Positions 58,680-64,000 of a stretch of DNA of 64,000 bases are shown here, piece by piece. The stretch is from Armatimonadota bacterium (GTDB taxonomy: Bacteria > Armatimonadota > HRBIN16), in contig OY781964.1 in NCBI GenBank assembly GCA_963677485.1, positions 3,520,001-3,584,000 of the forward strand. The letters run 5' to 3'. The notes beneath the pieces are model-generated. The model saw nothing but the letters and a program-made list of their open reading frames with translations, ran no database searches and was not told the DNA's origin. Positions within the stretch are counted from its first letter, which is position 1; each line of letters opens with the position of its first letter. Made by a program: the position numbers and the translations under genes.

Positions 58680-58877
58680 ATGACATTTAAGGATCCGATT
58701 TCGCTGTCTGATAAGCAGACAGAGCCCAAGAACCTGGCCAACTGGTTACTAGATATCATGGCCAGATCGTTAAAGAGCGGTGACGGCATGTTGCTCCATC
58801 GCAAAGAGAACGACAAGTCAGTAGATGTCACCCGAGTGGGTGTTCTTCATGATGAGGCTGAACTAAGCCTGAATTAG
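58680..58877 (+). CDS. Small hypothetical protein (65 aa)
   Basis: GAGAGAGG upstream of ATG and a terminator downstream; no motif recognised. Confidence 0.45.
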   Translation: MTFKDPISLSDKQTEPKNLANWLLDIMARSLKSGDGMLLHRKENDKSVDVTRVGVLHDEAELSLN

Positions 58878-58900
58878 TTCGCAGTTGTTATATAGTTGGG

Positions 58901-58929
58901 AGGCTCCCGCATTAGGTGCGGGAGCCTTT
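58901..58929 (+). terminator. Intrinsic terminator candidate
   Basis: AGGCTCCCGCA-TTAGG-TGCGGGAGCCT-TT. Confidence 0.6.
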
Positions 58930-58959
58930 ACGATTCGGGGGTCTTTCTTACAGGCATCC

Positions 58960-59415
58960 GCTCGTGCTGGCACGGTAGCCTATGGTGTAACTTACGCGTC
59001 ACATTGAGGTGACCGATGGTATGCGAATGGCTGTCCGCCTTTATTGCAGCCACATATTGCCTATGTCCGGGGCGGTCTGTGCGTAGGCTAATGGCTACAG
59101 AAGGCTCAAGACCGCGCCGGTCTGGCGGATAGCCCTGAAAGATCCGTGTCAGGAACAAGCAACCGCCCGTGAAGGTACGGCAACCAGTATTGTAACGGAT
59201 ACGGTCGTAGGTGCGTCCCTTGTCGGCGCCCTACTCGATTGTTTATTCGATAGTAATTGTTTAGGGCGCCCACAAGGGACGCCCCTACGACCTGCTACAT
59301 AAAACGCCGGCGCGGTTTATAGACAGTAGCCACCGCAAGCGTACTGACAGACCGCTCCGGATAGTGCCAACCAAGTTACTTGCCAGCACATGCCCGTGCT
59401 GGCACGGCAACCCTT
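58960..59415. repeat. Composite palindromic repeat block X (modules A, B1, B2 plus a GTAG REP doublet at 59207-59288)
   Basis: Homologous in inverted orientation to 62004-62230. Confidence 0.8.
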
Positions 59416-59449
59416 ACGGCCAGTTTCTTACATATCTCTACCCATTACC

Positions 59450-59479
59450 AAAAAAGGCCTCGCTGGTGGGCGAGGCCTT
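59450..59479 (-). terminator. Intrinsic terminator of the minus-strand gene pair
   Basis: Minus strand: GGCCTCGC-loop-GCGAGGCC-TTTTTT. Confidence 0.8.
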
Positions 59480-59507
59480 GGAAGACTGGTGGCTTGAGCT
59501 TCGAACG

Positions 59508-60515
59508 CTACTTGCTCTTCTTAACGGTTGGCTTGGCCTTAGGGGCCTGTTTAGGTGCAGGTTTGGGTGTTGGCTTGACTGCGGGTTTTACCGTCGGTTT
59601 TACGGCCGGTTTCGTGGCCTCAAGATATTCCGCTGCTGTTAATACCTTGATAGTAGCCTTCATATGGGTGTTTATTTTGATGTCCATCGAGGCTTGGTTG
59701 TTCTTGTTGTCCGGCATCGTCATGTTCATCACCATGTCGATATCGCCTCCTCCGCCGACTGCCAAGCCGGTCGCGAGATCGATATCGGATACCATGTCTA
59801 TCGTGCCTTCACCAGTGGCCTTCATTGCGGCTACCATGGGGTTTCCTTTGGCTGCAGCTTCAAGCAGTTTCGTCATATCCATGATGCCTCTACTGCGGAT
59901 ACTGGCGATCTGCTTACCGTTGAGCTCTTCAACCTTCTCAAGCGTGTTTGTCAACTTCATCGCTGGGCCATCGGTTTTTGTCAGGGCGAATTCATTATTC
60001 CAAGAGTCACCCACTTTGATGGGTTCTTTAGGAAAGTAGGTCATGCCAGACTGTTTCATCAGGCTGTTCAGGTCCATGGTTTTCGGCATGTTGGGAATGT
60101 CGACCTTGTCCATAGAGACAATTTCTATGGGCTGACCGAATTCATTCATTTTCATGGTGATGCCGATTTTGAGGTTCTGAATGGGTATGGGCATCGGCTG
60201 ATTGTTCATCATCATCTTGCCGTAGGTGATAGTGGCCTTAACGGTGTAGATTCCGGCTTCGTCTTTAGATAAGTAGTCTGTTTTGGTATACGTGTCCATC
60301 TTCATATCGAAGGGAGTTGAATTTTCACCGATGGTCGAAACGATGTTCCCGGCAATGGAAACACCGATGTAGTGCTGGGTTCCTGCGGGGACATTAAGGC
60401 GAATCTGGTAAGTAGGGGCTGCCGACGGCTGAACGGCGTCCTGAGCCGACATAGCTAGGGGCAGGGCAGTCATCGCTACGCACAACAATGACGCCATCTT
60501 TATGGGAAAACGCAT
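59508..60515 (-). CDS. Secreted beta-rich protein (DUF6263-like) with Lys/Pro/Ala-rich C-tail
   Basis: Signal peptide (MSA-Q); FPKEPIKVGDSW; tail KPAVKPTVKPAVKPTP.. Confidence 0.7.
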   Translation of the reverse strand: MRFPIKMASLLCVAMTALPLAMSAQDAVQPSAAPTYQIRLNVPAGTQHYIGVSIAGNIVSTIGENSTPFDMKMDTYTKTDYLSKDEAGIYTVKATITYGKMMMNNQPMPIPIQNLKIGITMKMNEFGQPIEIVSMDKVDIPNMPKTMDLNSLMKQSGMTYFPKEPIKVGDSWNNEFALTKTDGPAMKLTNTLEKVEELNGKQIASIRSRGIMDMTKLLEAAAKGNPMVAAMKATGEGTIDMVSDIDLATGLAVGGGGDIDMVMNMTMPDNKNNQASMDIKINTHMKATIKVLTAAEYLEATKPAVKPTVKPAVKPTPKPAPKQAPKAKPTVKKSK

Positions 60516-60592
60516 GAACGAGCCTCCTCAAACTATTCTTGTGATACAGCGTGGAACGTGGGGGCATCAGCAACCCCCACGTTAATACAGAG

Positions 60593-61573
60593 TTATTTTT
60601 TGACGGGTTTCTTAGCGGGTTTGACAGCCTTCTTCGCAGGGGCTTTTGCTTTGGCAGGGGCCTTTGCAGGAGCGGCCTTCACAACGGGCTTTGCAGCGGG
60701 CTTTGCGGCTTCCATTTCGGTAGCTGTGACGATGCCGCTAAAGGCCATCGAGAGCTTGGCATTGGTGTCTTCACCACGAAGATCACCGGTGACAGTGATG
60801 TCCGTGTTTAGGTCTAAACTGGAATCAATCGTCATACCAGTGGCCAAGTCGACATTACTTGTGCTGTTGCCAGTGATGGTACCTGTCAGGTCCAGGCCTG
60901 CGGGCATGTTGGCGGGAACCAGACCAGATAGGCTGCGGATATCGATGTTGAACTTAGATGCGATGCGTGCGATCTTCTTACCGCCCATCTCATCTACCGA
61001 TTCAAGCTTGTTGGTGGCGACGATCTTGCTGCTGGTGGTGTTGGGTACATTGATGGCGGCTTCCCAACTGTCGCCTACCTTAACGGCCTGTTCAGGATAA
61101 GCCGACACGCCACTCTGGCCCATCAGGCTGTTCATAAATCCCTGGACGTTACCGTTCGGCATCAATCGAGTGATACTTTCCATGCCGGAGGCTTGGATGG
61201 GTACACCGAGCTTGTTCACCTTGAGCAGCATCGAGATATTCTGTGCAGGCGGTGTGCTGACGGGAGATCCGTTGGCAGTGATCTGCAAGCCTTCAAAAAT
61301 CAGTTTAATCTGTGTATTACCGTCAGCATCTACGCTTGCTATGTTCTGCCGCATTGACATTGACATCTGCATATTGAAGGGCATCGGTTGAGTGCTTTGA
61401 GCCGTTAAGATGGTGCCTTGCCCATCTATCACAGACCGAACTTTATAGGTAACTCCTACCTTAGGCGTCATACGCAGTAGGTAGCCTTCTGTGGCATCCT
61501 GGGCACATACAGGGGCTGCTAACATCGCACCTGCGACGGCCAGCATCAATACCCGTGATACGGAAAGTTTCAT
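60593..61573 (-). CDS. Paralog of 59508-60515 with Lys/Pro/Ala-rich C-tail
   Basis: Signal peptide (VCA-Q); YPEQAVKVGDSW; KIARIASK; DLATG; tail KPAAKPVVKAAPAKAPAK.. Confidence 0.7.
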   Translation of the reverse strand: MKLSVSRVLMLAVAGAMLAAPVCAQDATEGYLLRMTPKVGVTYKVRSVIDGQGTILTAQSTQPMPFNMQMSMSMRQNIASVDADGNTQIKLIFEGLQITANGSPVSTPPAQNISMLLKVNKLGVPIQASGMESITRLMPNGNVQGFMNSLMGQSGVSAYPEQAVKVGDSWEAAINVPNTTSSKIVATNKLESVDEMGGKKIARIASKFNIDIRSLSGLVPANMPAGLDLTGTITGNSTSNVDLATGMTIDSSLDLNTDITVTGDLRGEDTNAKLSMAFSGIVTATEMEAAKPAAKPVVKAAPAKAPAKAKAPAKKAVKPAKKPVKK

Positions 61574-61717
61574 GAGGAAGCACCTCTCAATGTGTAGTTT
61601 CGCTTAATTGTACCCCAGTTTACTGTTAAGGTGGTGAACATGGTAACGAAAATGGAAAATGATGAAGTAGAGGCTAGAAAAATCACATAAAACCGCCATT
61701 TCGCATGATGCATCAAC

Positions 61718-61846
61718 AAAAAAGGACCCGGGTGTAAACACCCGGGTCGTACCCAGCGGAGTTCACCGTGGGTCGCGTAGTCATCCGCTTTCGCGGAGCT
61801 ACAACCTGTTTCTGTATCATCCACTTGTAAGTGACATTACAGACTA
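61718..61846 (-). ncRNA. Structured RNA / attenuator candidate, copy 1
   Basis: GAAA-capped hairpin, second hairpin, terminator GACCCGGGT..ACCCGGGTC-CTTTTTT; 73/78 identical to copy 2 with compensatory changes. Confidence 0.7.
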
Positions 61847-61851
61847 TCTTT

Positions 61852-61880
61852 ATAATACCCTCCCATGCAGAATATGTCCA
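61852..61880 (-). promoter_or_regulatory. Candidate sigma70 promoter for RNA copy 1
   Basis: Minus strand TGGACA-17 nt-TATTAT. Confidence 0.5.
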
Positions 61881-62003
61881 CAGTGTGGTGATGAATTTGA
61901 TGGAGCTCATATTATTACAGTAGAAATACTGGATATTGGCATCAACACAGAGCTCTCGCGGCAGGGTGATTTACTGTTCTCTGGCATTAATAAAAGCTTG
62001 AAA

Positions 62004-62230
62004 ATAACTTGGTTGGTTATGTCCGGGGCGGTCTGGCGGTACACTTGAAATGGCCGCTGTCTATAGACCGCGCCGGTCTTGTTCCCGACATATATCATTC
62101 GTGGCTATCCGCCAGACCGGCGCGGTCTCGAGCTTTCTGCATACGCTAGCGTACGCACAGACCGCCCCGGACTTTGCCAATTGAAGGGTACGAATCCGTT
62201 ACACTATGGGCTGCCGTGCCATCACGGGCA
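62004..62230. repeat. Composite palindromic repeat block Y (inverted homolog of block X)
   Basis: B2 at 62021-62079, inverted B1 at 62078-62172, inverted A at ~62195-62230. Confidence 0.8.
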
Positions 62231-62280
62231 GTTTCTTGTAATGGTAGATCCATGCAACGGAGCAGATGCGGTGGTTCTAC

Positions 62281-63075
62281 CTATCCAGTCAAGCCGGAGA
62301 TCAGCCGATACAGTTCAATCCGGTCAGGGTCGATCAGTTCCAGACCATATGCATCCTTGAAGGCCTGATCATACCGATCGGTGTGCAGGTTGTAGTTGAG
62401 TGTCCAGATGCCCCAGAACAGGTCGTAGTGCCTGTCGCCAACACCGCCATACCCCACATCGATGAATGCGTTGAACTGCCAGTTATGAATGATGATATTG
62501 GGCAGGCAGTAGTCGCCATGAATCACCACATTATCGCTGTGGTTGTGAAACAGGTGGTGGCAGGATTCGACCGCGTCATCAGCGGGCATCTGCAGTATCT
62601 GCTGGTCGCCTGATGGGAATGGCTGCGGTGCGTCAGGAGCATATAGGCAGTCAATATCCTGCATCATCTGTGCTGTGCGGTTGGGGAATGGGCAGCCGGT
62701 TGTTGGAAGCTCATGAAGGAGTCGAAGCTGATGGCCGAATAACACCGCTAGCCGCTCAGGGTGTGCGAGGTGATCGGGGTGGATGCCGTCTTCGCCATCT
62801 GCCGCTTGAGTTAAAAGATAGTCATACCCATTCTCAGTTTCGAAGCTCAGCATTTCAGGTGCCATCTGGTGGCTGTGCAGAAACTGCATCATGGCAGCCT
62901 CCGGTTGTAGCGTTTCGGCAGGTGCCTGTTTGAGATAGCATGGTATATTTCCATCCGCGAACCAAACCCGGGCATCAGTGCTGCAATGGCTGTCATACCA
63001 CACTGCATCTTTCACGATGCCGCGAATCGTGTGTGGTAGATCAGGCAGCGGCCTGGTGATGAGTGTGCGTTGCAT
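62281..63075 (-). CDS. Aminoglycoside 3'-phosphotransferase-like kinase (APH family)
   Basis: YLK, HGDYCLPNII, FIDVG..GVGDRHYDL; start moved to ATG 63075 behind GGAGG. Confidence 0.85.
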   Translation of the reverse strand: MQRTLITRPLPDLPHTIRGIVKDAVWYDSHCSTDARVWFADGNIPCYLKQAPAETLQPEAAMMQFLHSHQMAPEMLSFETENGYDYLLTQAADGEDGIHPDHLAHPERLAVLFGHQLRLLHELPTTGCPFPNRTAQMMQDIDCLYAPDAPQPFPSGDQQILQMPADDAVESCHHLFHNHSDNVVIHGDYCLPNIIIHNWQFNAFIDVGYGGVGDRHYDLFWGIWTLNYNLHTDRYDQAFKDAYGLELIDPDRIELYRLISGLTG

Positions 63076-63091
63076 AGATGACTGCCTCCAG

Positions 63092-63225
63092 AACAAGAAA
63101 TGACCCGGGTAAAAAATCTACCCGGGTCGAACCCAGCGGTGTTTACCGTGGGTCGCGTAGTCATCCACTTTCGTGGAGCTACAACCTGTTTCTGTATCTA
63201 CCACCAAAGGCTATAGACCAGACTG
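63092..63225 (-). ncRNA. Structured RNA / attenuator candidate, copy 2, in the 5' leader of the APH-like gene
   Basis: Same fold as copy 1; terminator hairpin followed by ATTTCTTGTTCT then the GGAGG RBS. Confidence 0.7.
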
Positions 63226-63230
63226 TTTTA

Positions 63231-63260
63231 AATATACCCTCTACCGTAAAGAGAATGCAA
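63231..63260 (-). promoter_or_regulatory. Candidate sigma70 promoter for RNA copy 2/APH
   Basis: Minus strand TTGCAT-18 nt-TATATT, same position relative to the RNA as in copy 1. Confidence 0.5.
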
Positions 63261-63399
63261 TCCGAATCTACAGCAGATGTTAAAACTAGCAAAAATACGG
63301 ATATGCTCGCCGTATAGTAGGGGATACCCAGTCGCAGTATACTAATCTGAGGGGAACTATCCTTCAAATCGCCAGTTCAGAATGTGTGAGGTCGATTCG

Positions 63400-64000
63400 A
63401 TGAAAATGCTCATTTTAATGATGTTTGTGGTCGGTATGGCCGTGTTCCAAGCCAGGCCCGTATACGCTGCCAACCCGATACTGCGAGGCTTGGGAGTGTG
63501 TGACCCGCATATCCGCATCTACAACAATCGAGCATGGTTATACGCTACCCATGACGCCTCGGTCAACAACACGGGCTTCACAATGCATGACTGGTGGGTG
63601 TGGTCCTCAACTGACCTTGTGAACTGGACACATGAGAGCACACTACGGCCGGAGGATACTTACCACAAGGCTCCATCGACGACCTGCTGGGCTACCGACA
63701 GTTTGAAATCTCACGGCAAATACTACTTCTATTTCTCAATGGGTGTCACTGATGTGGGTGTGGTCGTTGGCGATACACCCAAAGGGCCATGGCGTGACCC
63801 ATTGGGCAAGCCGCTTCTACCATCCACATTGACGCCAACCGAAGAGCGTGATCCAGGCATCATCATGGATGATGATGGGAACGTCTACATCGTGTTTGGG
63901 GTGTGGGACTTCTATATTGCACGATTGAACAAGGATATGATCTCATTGGCGGAGGCACCCCGGAAGATCGAACTCGATCAAAAAGATGGTCCATATGGTC
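63400..64000 (+). CDS. Secreted glycoside hydrolase family 43 (5' part; runs off window, absent from ORF track)
   Basis: My translation: MKMLILMMF..YAANPILRGLGVCDPHIRIYNNRAWLYATHD..WSSTDLVNW..CWATD..GKYYFYF..PKGPWRDPLGKPL..RDPGIIMDDDG. Confidence 0.88.
   Translation, partial: MKMLILMMFVVGMAVFQARPVYAANPILRGLGVCDPHIRIYNNRAWLYATHDASVNNTGFTMHDWWVWSSTDLVNWTHESTLRPEDTYHKAPSTTCWATDSLKSHGKYYFYFSMGVTDVGVVVGDTPKGPWRDPLGKPLLPSTLTPTEERDPGIIMDDDGNVYIVFGVWDFYIARLNKDMISLAEAPRKIELDQKDGPYG

Noticed and set aside
59364-61100. Plus-strand ORFs opposite the Lys/Pro/Ala-tailed genes
   Set aside because: Antisense shadows; the minus-strand genes have RBS, signal peptides and a terminator
58928-62360. Similar short ORFs 58928-59158(-) and 62079-62360(+) sharing GYPPDRRGLE..RTDRPG
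   Set aside because: The similarity comes from the non-coding palindromic module B; lengths and ends differ
63115-63140. GGGTTCGACCC (minus strand) as a tRNA T-arm
   Set aside because: No cloverleaf; copy 1 reads GGGTACGACCC; better explained as an antiterminator hairpin
61718-63225. RNA repeats as integron attC sites or as a leader-peptide ORF
   Set aside because: No RYYYAAC/GTTRRRY boundaries or integrase. The ATG opening MIQKQ.. in copy 1 is TAG in copy 2, and substitutions conserve pairing rather than codons

Overview
Bacterial chromosomal window with no rRNA, tRNA, CRISPR array or transposase that I could recognise. The gene repertoire suggests an Armatimonadota-like organism (inference only). 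(1) 1-20.4 kb: a tandem array of at least 8 paralogous secreted proteins (7 complete, ~703-715 aa). Each has a signal peptide, ~14 RCC1/BLIP-II-type ~40-aa blades, an Ig-like spacer and a highly conserved dockerin-like double EF-hand tail. A GH95 fucosidase, a palindromic repeat mosaic and a UroD-family gene interrupt the array. (2) 20.4-35.3 kb: pentapeptide protein, UroD-family protein, an SGNH hydrolase plus a catalytically degenerate paralog, then housekeeping genes (alr-like, FemABX, rluB, dnaN, ParB-like, polA, rpsA, coaE). (3) 35.3-51.1 kb: six co-oriented envelope genes. Three exoproteins (one a subtilase) share a long C-terminal module ending in a FlgD-Ig/T9SS-CTD-like domain. They are bracketed by two CsgG/TolB_N-like proteins and an Ig + probable outer-membrane barrel protein, making a candidate undescribed secretion/surface-display system. 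(4) 51-64 kb: glgA, GH27, UroD-family, a polytopic membrane protein, two paralogous secreted proteins with Lys/Pro/Ala tails, an APH(3')-like kinase and a partial GH43. This region also holds two inverted copies of a composite palindromic element and two copies of a ~130-nt structured RNA. The RNA shows covariation, a candidate promoter and terminator/antiterminator alternatives, and one copy lies directly upstream of the APH gene. All calls are by eye from motifs; no searches were run.
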